A stretch of 59,884 bases of DNA from Rhodospirillaceae bacterium (lineage in GTDB: Bacteria > Pseudomonadota > Alphaproteobacteria > UBA8366). The notes beneath the pieces are model-generated. The model had not been told where the DNA came from, ran no database searches, and was given only the letters and a program-made list of their open reading frames with translations. The DNA lies in contig PBOR01000022.1 in assembly GCA_002724395.1 (NCBI GenBank), positions 16,292 through 76,175 on the forward strand, read 5' to 3'. Positions 9,788 to 20,191 of this stretch are shown piece after piece. Each line of letters opens with the position of its first letter. The stretch's first letter is position 1. The translations under genes were made by a program, and so were the position numbers.

Positions 9788-9921
9788 TGCTCTGCCCAAT
9801 TTACTCAGACTATCTTATGGTTCCAAACTATAAACATCATCAAATTCAAACTAGAATACTGATCTAGAGTCCCTATATTGAGCTCGTACTCTAATAGCTC
9901 CGCGTTGGGAAGCAAATTTAC

Positions 9922-10383
9922 ATGCCTCAAACCACAAAAATTCGCCGAATCAAGCTGGTTCTGGCAATAGTACTGGCGGGATGCCTTTCCTCCTGCGCCT
10001 CGAACACTGCAACCCGAGGCAACTTACCCACCGAATCAAAGTTAGCAAAAATCAAGATCGGTGAATCTAGCAGACAGGATATCGTAAAAATACTTGGCAA
10101 TCCGTCGACGCACGGTACCTTCGATTCTCAGGTCTGGTATTATATCAGCCGCCGAACTGAACAATGGGCGTTTATGCCCACCAAAGTCGTCGATCAAAAC
10201 GTCATAGCCATCTATTTCAATGCCCGCGGCACGGTCGAGCATCTGGAACGTTATCGTACCGAAGACGGACGCAAAGTCGATATGGTGGATCGCGAAACTC
10301 CGACCAGTGGTCACGAATTAGGCTTTTGGGAACAGATGTTCGGAAATCTCGGATTGGGTATTCCCGGAACGGGTGGCAATTAA
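9922..10383 (+). CDS. bamE: Outer membrane assembly lipoprotein BamE (SmpA/OmlA)
   Basis: Lipoprotein-type N-terminus (LSSC), LGNPS, WYYIS, QMFGN; divergent from Cbp3 gene as usual in Alphaproteobacteria. Confidence 0.9.
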   Translation: MPQTTKIRRIKLVLAIVLAGCLSSCASNTATRGNLPTESKLAKIKIGESSRQDIVKILGNPSTHGTFDSQVWYYISRRTEQWAFMPTKVVDQNVIAIYFNARGTVEHLERYRTEDGRKVDMVDRETPTSGHELGFWEQMFGNLGLGIPGTGGN

Positions 10384-10405
10384 CGCTATAGCCGTGTAAA
10401 CACAG

Positions 10406-10448
10406 TCTCAGCCCCCGGCGTCAATAACGCACCGGGGGGGGGGGAGAA
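10406..10448. terminator. GC-rich hairpin between convergent bamE and hppA
   Basis: CCCCCGG-CGT-CAATA-ACG-CA-CCGGGGG stem followed by a T-rich tract on the + strand. Confidence 0.5.
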
Positions 10449-10491
10449 CATTTTCTTTTTACCTTGCTCAAGACTGCTTCTTCGGCAGTCA

Positions 10492-12588
10492 CTAGTGGGC
10501 CAACATAGCTAACAGCAAAAGCGCGACAATATTGGTGATCTTAATCATCGGATTAACTGCGGGACCAGCCGTATCCTTGTAGGGGTCACCAACCGTATCA
10601 CCCGTCACCGCTGCATGGTGGGCATCAGAGCCTTTACCACCGTGATTACCATCCTCCACATATTTCTTGGCATTATCCCATGCTCCACCACCAGCAGTCA
10701 TAGAGATCGCAACAAAGAGACCAGTTACGATGACGCCAAGCAACATCGCGCCTAATGCGGAGAACGCTGCGGATTTGCCAGCAATAGTTTCAATGATCCA
10801 AAAGAGTACGATAGGGGATAATACTGGTAACATTGAGGGAATTATCATTTCCTTAATTGCCGCCTTGGTCAGCATATCGACGCAGGCCCCATATTCCGGC
10901 TTTGCTTTGCCCTTCATTATCCCCTTAATTTCCTTAAATTGACGCCGCACTTCGACCACTACCGAACCCGCAGCCCGGCCAACAGCTGTCATACCCATGG
11001 CACCAAAAAGATATGGCAGCATACCACCGACAAAGAGGCCGACAACCACAAAGGGATTTGACAACGAAAAATCGACTTTAAGGCCATCGAAATACGGGAA
11101 TTCCTTAGGGTTTGCGGCAAAATATGCTAAATCCTGCGTATAGGCCGCGAATAGCACTAACGCGCCCAAACCAGCAGAGCCAATGGCATAGCCTTTGGTC
11201 ACCGCTTTGGTAGTATTGCCTACCGCGTCCAGCGCATCGGTAGTTTTACGTACGTCCTCGCTAAGTTCAGACATTTCGGCGATACCACCAGCATTATCAG
11301 TAACCGGTCCATAGGCGTCTAAAGCAACCACAATACCCGCCAGCGCCAACATATTCGTGACAGCGATAGCAATTCCAAAGAGCCCACCCAGCAAATAAGT
11401 ACCTATGATAGCGGCACAAATAATGATTGCCGGAATAGCTGTCGCCTCCATAGATATCGCGAGACCCTGGATAACGTTTGTGCCGTGGCCCGTTGTTGAG
11501 GCTTGTGCGATCGATTGAACTGGACGATATTCCGTGCCTGTATAGTACTCGGTTATCCAAACAATCAGCCCGGTGGCGACGAGACCAATCAGACCGCAGT
11601 AATAGAAGTCCATTCCTGTCGCTGACTGACCCAGAATTGTATAAGCAATTTCCAGCCCGATCACCCGTTCGGTCACAAAGTACAGCGCAACCGCCGATAA
11701 AACTGTGCACCCGATAAAGCCTTTATAAAGCGCACCCATGATGTTTTGGCTCGCACCCAGCTTAACGAAAAAATTGCCAATAATTGTTGTCACAATGCAG
11801 GTCGCCCCAATTACTAGAGGATAAGCCATCATTTTAGCCTCAGCCGCACCGACGAAGAAAATCTGCGCTAACACCATAGTGGCAACAACGCTCACAACAT
11901 AGGTTTCAAACAAGTCAGCCGCCATACCAGCGCAATCACCAACATTGTCACCAACATTATCAGCAATCACCGCCGGATTACGTGGATCGTCTTCAGGGAT
12001 TCCGGCCTCGACTTTTCCGACCAAATCGGCCCCCACGTCCGCACCTTTAGTAAAAATACCGCCACCAAGGCGAGCAAAGATTGAAATTAGCGACGCACCA
12101 AAACCAAGCGCGACCAACGGGTCAACAATCTCACGCCCCGCAGCACCAACATGCACCAAAAACTGATAATAGACGGCGACCGCCAACAAAGCCAAACCAG
12201 CGACCAACATGCCCGTGACCGAACCAGATTGATACGCAACTTTCAGTCCTTCAGCGAGGCCTTCGGTAGCCGCCTCGGTGGTCCGAACGTTAGCACGCAC
12301 GGAAATATACATTCCGATATACCCGGCAGCGCCGGATAGAACAGCACCGATGATAAAGCCAACCGCCACATGCAAGTTGAACAAATAGAAGAGAATCGCG
12401 GCAATCACCGCGCCGACCATACCAATCGTTGTGTATTGTCGATTGAGATAAGCTGCCGCTCCCTCTTGAATAGCCGCTGCAATTTCTTGCATCCGTTCAT
12501 TTCCTGCATCCGCATTCAAAACCTGGCGGCTTACAATAACCCCGTACAGCACGGCGAGAACGCCGCAGCCGATGACAATATTTAGCAT
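10492..12588 (-). CDS. hppA: Membrane-bound H+-translocating pyrophosphatase, K+-independent type
   Basis: [64 protein letters not shown]. Confidence 0.96.
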   Translation of the reverse strand: MLNIVIGCGVLAVLYGVIVSRQVLNADAGNERMQEIAAAIQEGAAAYLNRQYTTIGMVGAVIAAILFYLFNLHVAVGFIIGAVLSGAAGYIGMYISVRANVRTTEAATEGLAEGLKVAYQSGSVTGMLVAGLALLAVAVYYQFLVHVGAAGREIVDPLVALGFGASLISIFARLGGGIFTKGADVGADLVGKVEAGIPEDDPRNPAVIADNVGDNVGDCAGMAADLFETYVVSVVATMVLAQIFFVGAAEAKMMAYPLVIGATCIVTTIIGNFFVKLGASQNIMGALYKGFIGCTVLSAVALYFVTERVIGLEIAYTILGQSATGMDFYYCGLIGLVATGLIVWITEYYTGTEYRPVQSIAQASTTGHGTNVIQGLAISMEATAIPAIIICAAIIGTYLLGGLFGIAIAVTNMLALAGIVVALDAYGPVTDNAGGIAEMSELSEDVRKTTDALDAVGNTTKAVTKGYAIGSAGLGALVLFAAYTQDLAYFAANPKEFPYFDGLKVDFSLSNPFVVVGLFVGGMLPYLFGAMGMTAVGRAAGSVVVEVRRQFKEIKGIMKGKAKPEYGACVDMLTKAAIKEMIIPSMLPVLSPIVLFWIIETIAGKSAAFSALGAMLLGVIVTGLFVAISMTAGGGAWDNAKKYVEDGNHGGKGSDAHHAAVTGDTVGDPYKDTAGPAVNPMIKITNIVALLLLAMLAH

Positions 12589-12668
12589 CGTTCAGACCCT
12601 ATTTCGTAATTTGATACCCAATTATTCGTTACTACCTCATCAATCCCTTCGGCAGCTAGAGCGGCGAG

Positions 12669-12697
12669 ACCATGCCAGAAGCCTCATGCGAAGGCAA
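12669..12697 (-). promoter_or_regulatory. Possible sigma70-type promoter of hppA
   Basis: Minus strand TTGCCT-N17-CATGGT about 80 nt upstream of hppA start. Confidence 0.35.
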
Positions 12698-12721
12698 CTG
12701 CTCTGAAGTTTTTAAGCGGTC

Positions 12722-13933
12722 TTAGGTCAAGCTGTCCGACGATTTTTGAAGCCTGAGCCACGTGACAGCGCCAAAGACGAGCAGAGAGGGCAGTATCAAT
12801 GAGGCACTTACCGCATCCCAACCATAAAGATGCTGCATGAAGCCGGAAAATACAGCGGTACCAGCAACGGTTCCAAATACAATCAAGTCATTGCAACCTT
12901 GCACTTTTTCTTTCTCTTCAGAACTGTAAGATTCTGTAAGAAGAGTCGTGCCGCCAATGAATAAGAAGTTCCAGCCGAGGCCAAGTATCGTTAGTGCCAC
13001 TGAAAAATGTACCATAGTAATACCCGATAGCGCGATTATAGCTGCACCAATCATAAAAACCGCCCCGAGCGACAAAATGTTAAAAATACCGAATCGCTTG
13101 ATCAAATGACCAGTGAAAAAACTTGGCACGTACATACCAAGAATATGAGCCTGAATGACCCATTTTGTATCCTGCAATTGAAACCCGCAAACTTTCATCG
13201 CTAGGGGGGTTGCTGTCATAGACAAATTCATTAGGCCGTAACCAAGCATCGAAGCCAAGACGGCTACTATGAAAACTGGCTGCCGAATTATCACGCCAAG
13301 GGGTCGACCTTGATTTTTGCGTGATGCATTTGTTGGCCTTGGTATATCAATGCCTAACAACAAGAAAGATGAAATAACCGTAATACAACAAATCACCAGA
13401 TACCCACCGGCGAAAAATACCGGCTCAAATAAATCATAGCTCCAATTGGCTAGCTCCGGTCCCAAAATCGCCGCCGCCACGCCACCAGCTAAGACAAAAG
13501 AGATTGCCTTACTTCTGAATTCTTCGCTAGCCGTATCCGCGGCTGCAAATCGGTAATACTGCCAGCAAGCGTTATGAACCCCAATGATTGCGCTCCCAAC
13601 ACAAAACAAGGTGAAGTTTTGATTGAAGATCGCGTAAGCGGCGATACCAGCAGCGCAAAACCCAACCATTTGGCCCGCTATGAACACCGGCCGGCGACCA
13701 AACCGCCGCATAAGGAGCGATAACGGGTATGTACTGGAGACAATCGTTATCCACTGTAAGCCAAGCGGTAGCGTAGCCCAAGCCGGATCCGGCGCCATTG
13801 TAACACCTACTAAAGCCGAAATAGTAAGAACGATCGAGGTCCCGGTCATGGCAAGACCCAGAGCGACGGACAATATCAAAACATTCTTTTTTGTTGGATC
13901 AGGAGAGACCTGTCTAATATCAGCAACGGACAT
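12722..13933 (-). CDS. MFS transporter
   Basis: About 12 hydrophobic segments, RRFGRR loop, YRFAAAD, HILGMYVPSFFTG, GLGWNF motifs. Confidence 0.9.
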   Translation of the reverse strand: MSVADIRQVSPDPTKKNVLILSVALGLAMTGTSIVLTISALVGVTMAPDPAWATLPLGLQWITIVSSTYPLSLLMRRFGRRPVFIAGQMVGFCAAGIAAYAIFNQNFTLFCVGSAIIGVHNACWQYYRFAAADTASEEFRSKAISFVLAGGVAAAILGPELANWSYDLFEPVFFAGGYLVICCITVISSFLLLGIDIPRPTNASRKNQGRPLGVIIRQPVFIVAVLASMLGYGLMNLSMTATPLAMKVCGFQLQDTKWVIQAHILGMYVPSFFTGHLIKRFGIFNILSLGAVFMIGAAIIALSGITMVHFSVALTILGLGWNFLFIGGTTLLTESYSSEEKEKVQGCNDLIVFGTVAGTAVFSGFMQHLYGWDAVSASLILPSLLVFGAVTWLRLQKSSDSLT

Positions 13934-14136
13934 GACAGAATTTGCCTTACATTTAATTTTTATATCTGGGATACCACGGCTAAAACACTACAGAAACTAA
14001 AATTACCGCCACAAAATGGGTGACATGCTTGCTGATGGGTCCCAAGAACCGCTACTATAAAATAATCTAGTTTTTGCGATAGATGCATTTGTGCCCAACG
14101 AAAACATTGCCAACCCTAGCGCAAAGGAGCTCACCA

Positions 14137-14382
14137 TTGCCTTTTTACCAACCAGACTTAGGCGCTAACCCCAATGATCCATTTGCGCGCGATTCAGAAA
14201 ATAAGTTAATTCGGCGAAGCTATTGGCTAGACATGATAGATCAATCAGTGGTGCTCGCACTCACCCAGGGAGTTGGCGCCCATTTATCAAACGAAGAAAA
14301 ACGCGCTCACCTTGAAGATATCCTGCGAGATCATCTGGTTGAAAGTGTTTGCATTCAGGAAATCATTCCGCCAGAAGGGTAA
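14137..14382 (+). CDS. Small hypothetical protein
   Basis: AAGGAG RBS then TTG at 14137 (track start 14083); 81 aa, DPFARD...RRSYWLDM...EEKRAHLEDI. Confidence 0.65.
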   Translation: MPFYQPDLGANPNDPFARDSENKLIRRSYWLDMIDQSVVLALTQGVGAHLSNEEKRAHLEDILRDHLVESVCIQEIIPPEG

Positions 14383-14397
14383 TTTGGCACACACCCT

Positions 14398-14832
14398 CTA
14401 TTGTTTTGGCGACCGCTCGAAAGCACCTTGAATTAAGACTGCCTTAATCTTTTTCTTACCGATGGCGCGCGCGCCCGCCCGCATTAGACGCGCTTTGATA
14501 ACTCGAATATTAACCCCCTTGGTACCAGGGCGCTGAAACCCAAGATAATCATGAAGAGCCCGATAGAAAGCATCCTTTAAACGAGGAGCATACTTTTCTG
14601 CAAGTGATCTGGATTCTTCATCTACCAATTCAAGCGTTATTTTAAATAACACGTACTGTTCAACCCGCTTAGCTCGAATTACGGGAATCGTGAGGCGTTC
14701 CATTTCAAAAAAGAAGGGGACGTCGGCATCAACCTTTTCATCGGCAGCCCAACTAATATCTGTAATCGCGAGCAGGATCACCATGGCAATAGACAATGCT
14801 CGATAACTCATCATGTATAGCTGTGATTTCAT
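14398..14832 (-). CDS. FliL-like single-pass membrane protein
   Basis: N-terminal hydrophobic segment, then F.MERLTIPV, Y.LFKITLEL, PRLKDAF, I.AVLIQ pattern typical of the FliL fold. Confidence 0.65.
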   Translation of the reverse strand: MKSQLYMMSYRALSIAMVILLAITDISWAADEKVDADVPFFFEMERLTIPVIRAKRVEQYVLFKITLELVDEESRSLAEKYAPRLKDAFYRALHDYLGFQRPGTKGVNIRVIKARLMRAGARAIGKKKIKAVLIQGAFERSPKQ

Positions 14833-14861
14833 TATCTTAATTCAACTTTCACTAGCCCTTA

Positions 14862-15824
14862 TCAACCGTGTCGGTAGCCGCTTACATCTATATGCAATGA
14901 CTTTTTCTGCTCATTCAACAACTGCACACCATCACCAGCGATGATGCGACCAATGCAGGTAATTGGCACACGGGACGACTTCACCTTTTCAGCAAGATTC
15001 TCAGTACCGGTGAAAACCAACTCGTAGTCGTCACCCCCCGTGACAATATTTTTCCAAAGTAAAGGCTCTGCTTTCAGGGCAAATTCACCTCCCGAAGAAA
15101 GGGGAACCTTTGCCAATTCTACAATTGCACCAACGTTTGATACATCAGCGATATGGCTAATATCCGCTAATAGGCCGTCTGAGATATCAGTACCAGCTGT
15201 CGCATTTCCACGCAGCGCTAAGCCTAAAGCAATACGCGGTTCCGGTGTACGGTAACGTTCTGTAAGTAACCTCGCATTAACCTCATCAAGCGCTACCAAC
15301 TTACCTTTGGCGGCCAGTAATCCCAATGCCCCGTCCCCGATTGTCCCACTCACAAAGATATAATCGCCGGGCGATGCACCTTCCCGGCGAATTGCTTGCC
15401 CAACTGGTACTTCGCCAAATAACGTCGCACTAAAAGTCGCCGGGCCCGGACTCAAAACGCTATCGCCACCAAGCAAACCTATTCCGAAATTGCTTTGCTG
15501 ATCAGCGAGCCCTTGGCAAAATGCTTTCACCCACGCATCCTTAACATCTCTAGGTAGCGTCATATTAAGCGTATAAGCGCGCGGCACCCCCCCCATTGCT
15601 GCTAGATCGGACAAATTGACCCGCAGTAATTTTGATGCAATCTGCTCAGGCTGCTCATCACCAATGTAATGTACACCCTCCACCACAGTATCGGTTGTGA
15701 TCACCAGCTCACAGCCAGGTTCTGGATTTATAGTCGCAGCGTCATCGGTAAGGTCAAAAGCGCCATCCAGAGCCAAGGGGGCCAAATAATCGCGAATGCG
15801 GCCAAATTCACCTTTTCCGAGCAT
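14862..15824 (-). CDS. thiL: Thiamine-monophosphate kinase
   Basis: DDAA, EGVH, VNLSDLAAMG, GGD, DISDGL, GGDDYEL, GYRH; follows nusB. Confidence 0.95.
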   Translation of the reverse strand: MLGKGEFGRIRDYLAPLALDGAFDLTDDAATINPEPGCELVITTDTVVEGVHYIGDEQPEQIASKLLRVNLSDLAAMGGVPRAYTLNMTLPRDVKDAWVKAFCQGLADQQSNFGIGLLGGDSVLSPGPATFSATLFGEVPVGQAIRREGASPGDYIFVSGTIGDGALGLLAAKGKLVALDEVNARLLTERYRTPEPRIALGLALRGNATAGTDISDGLLADISHIADVSNVGAIVELAKVPLSSGGEFALKAEPLLWKNIVTGGDDYELVFTGTENLAEKVKSSRVPITCIGRIIAGDGVQLLNEQKKSLHIDVSGYRHG

Positions 15825-15832
15825 TGTCGTTA

Positions 15833-16312
15833 CTACGCCATATCATGAGCCCGCAAGTCCCGTGCAATTCGGTCCAACAGGCCGTTAACAAGTCCAGGCT
15901 CTTTATCAGCATAAAAACGTTCGGTCAGCTTTACGAACTCGCTGATGGTCACTGGCGGGTCTATATCGCGCCGTTGCCCGATTTCGTAGGCGCCAACCCG
16001 CAGAATGATGCGTAAGACTTTTTCCAATTTCTCCGGGGTTAGCCCTTCCGACATGGAACGTCCAATAACATCATCGATTGCCTCGGTATTCTCGCTAACA
16101 CCGCGCACAAGCTCTGCACAAAACGCCATGTCGGTTTCTGGTGGTGGTGATCCAAATTCATCTCCCTGACCGCTGGGCATATTTCGTCGACGTGCAACAT
16201 CATCCAAGACAATATCGGCAGCCTTGTCGCTCAGTTCCATTTCGTATAACGATTGAATAGCAGCCAGACGCGCTGCCGTCCGCCCAACCGCTAAAGGTTG
16301 CTGTTGCATCAT
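15833..16312 (-). CDS. nusB: Transcription antitermination factor NusB
   Basis: RTAARLAAIQSLY, ILRVGAYEI, ISEFV, VNGLLD. Confidence 0.95.
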   Translation of the reverse strand: MMQQQPLAVGRTAARLAAIQSLYEMELSDKAADIVLDDVARRRNMPSGQGDEFGSPPPETDMAFCAELVRGVSENTEAIDDVIGRSMSEGLTPEKLEKVLRIILRVGAYEIGQRRDIDPPVTISEFVKLTERFYADKEPGLVNGLLDRIARDLRAHDMA

Positions 16313-16776
16313 CTTGGATAAAGATGAAAATGGTGTTTGTGTTCAATCATCTTCAAACATGTTTGTGCCGCATGGGCACCTTTATTTCCGCGATCCACTG
16401 CGGCACGTTCCATTGCCTGATCGCGATTTTCGCAAGTCAGCAGCCCAAACCCAAGTGCCAGAGCATAACGCGTAGTCAAGTCCATCAAACTGCGCGACAC
16501 CTCCGCACAGATATGATCATAATGGGTCGTCTCACCGCGAATAACACAACCCAAAGCAATAACTCCATCAAAACGACGATGACCGGAAAAATGCTCCAAG
16601 CTTCGGGCGCTATAGCAAATCGCTGCGGGGATTTCAAAAGCACCAGGTACCGTGAAAGTTTCGAAGGTGATATTTTGCGAATCTAACACGGTAGACGCAC
16701 CGATTAATAATTCGTCCTGTATATCCTCGTAAAACCTTCCTTCGACTATCATAATATGGGGTGCTGGATCGAGCAT
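16309..16776 (-). CDS. ribH: 6,7-dimethyl-8-ribityllumazine synthase
   Basis: VPGAFEIP, GCVIRGETTHYD, QAMERA, NKG. Confidence 0.95.
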   Translation of the reverse strand: MLDPAPHIMIVEGRFYEDIQDELLIGASTVLDSQNITFETFTVPGAFEIPAAICYSARSLEHFSGHRRFDGVIALGCVIRGETTHYDHICAEVSRSLMDLTTRYALALGFGLLTCENRDQAMERAAVDRGNKGAHAAQTCLKMIEHKHHFHLYPR

Positions 16777-16790
16777 AATTGCGTCTATCT

Positions 16791-17993
16791 CTATTTTATG
16801 ATCGGCTTATGGCCGACAATTCTAAGACCATAGCCGTCAAGACCGACGACTGCTCGTTTGGTGTTGGACAACAAAATCATATCACTTACACCTAGATCAA
16901 TAAGGATTTGTGCGCCAACACCGTAATCGCGCAAGGGCGAACGCTTATCGCTGACGTTATTACTACCAACCGCAACAGGATTGTCTTTTTTACTGGTTAG
17001 AGAAGTCATATTAGGGCCTCGTAAGAGGACCACAATTCCGGCTTCTTCCCCGCCAATAATCTCCATGGCGCGCTGCAAATCGCCACCACGACCGCTAGAC
17101 AGCCCACCGAGCACGTCATCCATAAGGTTCATCGCATGCATTCGCACCAATGTTGGGATACCGGGCTTGATATTGCCCTTAACCAAGGCAACATGCTCTA
17201 CTTGGGCAATCCGATTTGCATAGACAATCAGCTTAAAACTACCGCCAAAGCGGCTGGAAAATTCGCTTTCACTCACCTTTTCGATAATACGGTCATGTTT
17301 GCGGCGATAGGCGATAAGGTCTGCAATCGCTCCAATCTTTAAATTATGGAATTGCGCATAAGCGATGAGATCTTCCAAACGTGCCATGGTCCCATCTTCA
17401 TTCATGATTTCGCAAATAACTCCGGATGGGTTGAGACCAGCAAGGCGCGCTATATCGACCGATGCTTCCGTATGGCCTGCCCGAACTAGCACGCCACCCT
17501 CGCGCGCCATTAACGGGAAAACATGACCGGGCGTACCGATATCATCACGGCCCGATTGTGGGTCAATGGCAACCGAAACAGTGCGTGCTCGGTCAGGAGC
17601 AGAAATACCCGTCGTAACACCTTCGCGTGCCTCAATGGAAACCGTAAAAGCGGTCTGATGGCGGCTTTGATTCTTTTGACTCATCAAGTCAAGACCAAGC
17701 TCTTCGCAGCGCTTCTGAGTTAGTGCTAAACAAATAAGCCCGCGCCCGTGAGTCGCCATAAAATTAATAGCGTCCGGGGTTGCCATTTGGCCAGGAATCA
17801 CAAGATCGCCTTCATTCTCGCGCTCTTCGTCATCGACCAAAATGAACATACGCCCGTTACGCGCATCTTCAATAATATCCTCAATGGGAGAAAGGAAATT
17901 GAGATCGCCAGCCAAGCGCTTTCTAACGTCGCTAGATTTCGCCTCATTATGCTGTATTTCAGTCAACCCAATACCTTTCAAACGGCCAGTCAA
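16791..17993 (-). CDS. ribB: DHBP synthase fused to degenerate GTP cyclohydrolase II-like domain (RibBX type)
   Basis: [38 protein letters not shown]; C-terminal domain has RMHAMN and [11 protein letters not shown] but no Zn cysteines; true start may be slightly internal. Confidence 0.92.
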   Translation of the reverse strand: MTGRLKGIGLTEIQHNEAKSSDVRKRLAGDLNFLSPIEDIIEDARNGRMFILVDDEERENEGDLVIPGQMATPDAINFMATHGRGLICLALTQKRCEELGLDLMSQKNQSRHQTAFTVSIEAREGVTTGISAPDRARTVSVAIDPQSGRDDIGTPGHVFPLMAREGGVLVRAGHTEASVDIARLAGLNPSGVICEIMNEDGTMARLEDLIAYAQFHNLKIGAIADLIAYRRKHDRIIEKVSESEFSSRFGGSFKLIVYANRIAQVEHVALVKGNIKPGIPTLVRMHAMNLMDDVLGGLSSGRGGDLQRAMEIIGGEEAGIVVLLRGPNMTSLTSKKDNPVAVGSNNVSDKRSPLRDYGVGAQILIDLGVSDMILLSNTKRAVVGLDGYGLRIVGHKPIIK

Positions 17994-18577
17994 TTACCTG
18001 GTAAAAGTCGTGCAACATATCGGGCAAGCATATCGATCTCAAGGTTTACTCGATCTCCAGACACCGCCACACCAAACCCGGTTTGGGCTAATGTGTGAGG
18101 AATTATATTCACGCCAAAGCCGTCGCTATCGACTTCATTAACTGTCAAAGACACGCCGTCAAGAGATATACACCCCTTTTCCGCAATGAATTTTTCTAGT
18201 CCGACGGGCGGCAGGAACCTAAATCGAGTACTATCACCATCCGGCTCACGATCTATAATCTCTGCAACGCCATCCGCGTGGCCAAACACCAAATGACCGC
18301 CTAGTTCTTCGCCAAGCTTTAGAGACCTTTCTAAATTTACAGACCTACCAACTTTCCAATCCCCGACTGTTGTTCTCGCGAGGGTCTCCGCTGACGCCTC
18401 AACAGCGAACCATCCATCATTTTTCTCGGTTACAGTTAAGCACACCCCCGAACACGCTATTGAAGCCCCTATAGCTACCGTAGCGAGATCAAACGAGGTA
18501 CTGATTTCGAGACGCCGATCACCAAATTGCTTAACAGCAGAGATTTCGCCGACATCCTGGATAAGGCCTGTAAACAT
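17990..18577 (-). CDS. ribE: Riboflavin synthase (alpha chain)
   Basis: MFTGLI, GASIACSGVCLTV, VNLERS, GGHLV.GH.D, DGVSLTVN. Confidence 0.96.
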   Translation of the reverse strand: MFTGLIQDVGEISAVKQFGDRRLEISTSFDLATVAIGASIACSGVCLTVTEKNDGWFAVEASAETLARTTVGDWKVGRSVNLERSLKLGEELGGHLVFGHADGVAEIIDREPDGDSTRFRFLPPVGLEKFIAEKGCISLDGVSLTVNEVDSDGFGVNIIPHTLAQTGFGVAVSGDRVNLEIDMLARYVARLLPGN

Positions 18578-18586
18578 GAGAGTAAT

Positions 18587-19714
18587 CTAGTCCGATCGCC
18601 AATAGGTTTCCAGCCAATCATTACCAAGACGCTCCGATGAAACAGTATCAAAGCGCAAAATATCGTCCAACTGAGCAAGACCATAAGCGGCCACTGCTGA
18701 AATACCATCGCCTCCCATTATACTCGGTGCACGGAACCAAGCGATACGATCTACCAAGCAAGTTCTCAAAAAAGTCGCCGCAATATCAGCGCCGCCTTCA
18801 ACTAATAGGCGTGTGATACCCTTGCTGGCCAGAGCTTGCATTGCAACATGAATATCTGGATAGCCCGCCCTATCAGGCGGTATAGTTATGATTTCGACAC
18901 CACAATCGCGATAAGCCTGTTTTTTAGCCACATCGCCCCCTTTCACAGTTAAGAGCCACGTGGGAACATCCGCCACAGTTGCAACGAGGTTTGCCGTCAA
19001 CGGCAGTTGGAGCCGCGTGTCAACAACAATACGGACTGGTGAGGCCGCCTCAAGGCCAGGCAATCTGACGGTAAGCGAAGGATTATCCGCAAGAGCGGTT
19101 CCTATGCCGACTAACACTGCATCGTGACTTGCGCGCATTAAGTGGACCCGCGCGCGTGCATTAGGACCCGTAATCCACTGACTTTCGCCCCGCACCGTGG
19201 CAATGCGACTATCCAGTGTGGTTGCGGTTTTAAGCGTTATCATTGGCCGATTTTGGTTAACTCGCGATATAAAACCCTCATTTAGTCGCTCCGCCTCGCC
19301 TCGACATAGACCAACCTTCACGTCGATACCTGCTTCTTTTAAAAGTGCATTTCCCTTTCCGCTTACCCGAGAATCTGGATCTTCCATTGCAGCAACAACG
19401 CGGGTGATGCCGGCTTCGATTAGCGCTTCTGTGCAGGGCGGGGATTTGCCATGATGACAACACGGCTCGAGCGTTACATATGCTGTGGCGCCCTTTGCCA
19501 AATTACCCGCCTGAGACAGCGCAACAGTTTCCGCATGCGGACGTCCTCCAGGCTGAGTCCACCCGCGACCGACAACTACCGGTGCACCAGCTCGCTCAGC
19601 AACGATGACGCAACCTACAGCAGGATTCGGCCAAACAGAGCCCAGCCCTCTATGCGCGAGACTTAGAGCCACGCGCATAAAGCTGACATCTTGCTTATTC
19701 AGGTCCGCCAGCAC
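18587..19714 (-). CDS. ribD: Bifunctional pyrimidine deaminase/reductase RibD
   Basis: [39 protein letters not shown]; start uncertain (GTG 19714 or ATG 19678). Confidence 0.95.
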   Translation of the reverse strand: MLADLNKQDVSFMRVALSLAHRGLGSVWPNPAVGCVIVAERAGAPVVVGRGWTQPGGRPHAETVALSQAGNLAKGATAYVTLEPCCHHGKSPPCTEALIEAGITRVVAAMEDPDSRVSGKGNALLKEAGIDVKVGLCRGEAERLNEGFISRVNQNRPMITLKTATTLDSRIATVRGESQWITGPNARARVHLMRASHDAVLVGIGTALADNPSLTVRLPGLEAASPVRIVVDTRLQLPLTANLVATVADVPTWLLTVKGGDVAKKQAYRDCGVEIITIPPDRAGYPDIHVAMQALASKGITRLLVEGGADIAATFLRTCLVDRIAWFRAPSIMGGDGISAVAAYGLAQLDDILRFDTVSSERLGNDWLETYWRSD

Positions 19715-20159
19715 CGAGCTCGCCGGTAATGAATTCTTCGAAATCCTTCGCCTCACGGAAATTCCTATAAACCGATGCGAAGCGCACATATGCGACCTTA
19801 TCGAGCGATGCCAAGGCCTCCATTAGTAACTCACCGATCAAATCAGCCTTAACATCACTTTCACCGGAGCTTTCGAGCCGCCGTACAATACTATTGGCCA
19901 CCTGCTCAACCCGCTCAGGCTCGACAGAGCGCTTCCGCAGTGCAATATTCATAGAACGCACCAATTTATCGCGATCAAATGGCTCCCGTTGGCCATTCTT
20001 TTTTATCACTGATAAATCACGTAACTGCACACGCTCGAAAGTCGTAAACCGTTGACCACAATTAGGACAAAAACGTCGGCGGCGAATAGCAGCATTATCT
20101 TCCGTCGGCCTCGAATCTTTTACTTGTGTATCATTGTGACTACAAAACGGACATCGCAT
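19695..20159 (-). CDS. nrdR: Transcriptional repressor NrdR
   Basis: MRCPFC...VKDSR...[18 protein letters not shown] cone, AYVRFASVY. Confidence 0.97.
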   Translation of the reverse strand: MRCPFCSHNDTQVKDSRPTEDNAAIRRRRFCPNCGQRFTTFERVQLRDLSVIKKNGQREPFDRDKLVRSMNIALRKRSVEPERVEQVANSIVRRLESSGESDVKADLIGELLMEALASLDKVAYVRFASVYRNFREAKDFEEFITGELGAGGPE

Positions 20160-20191
20160 CCCGTCATCCCTTTCCTATGAGGTCGCTACAC

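Noticed and set aside
19679-20191. FMN riboswitch ahead of the rib genes
   Set aside because: nrdR abuts or overlaps ribD, leaving no leader, and no RFN consensus is visible.
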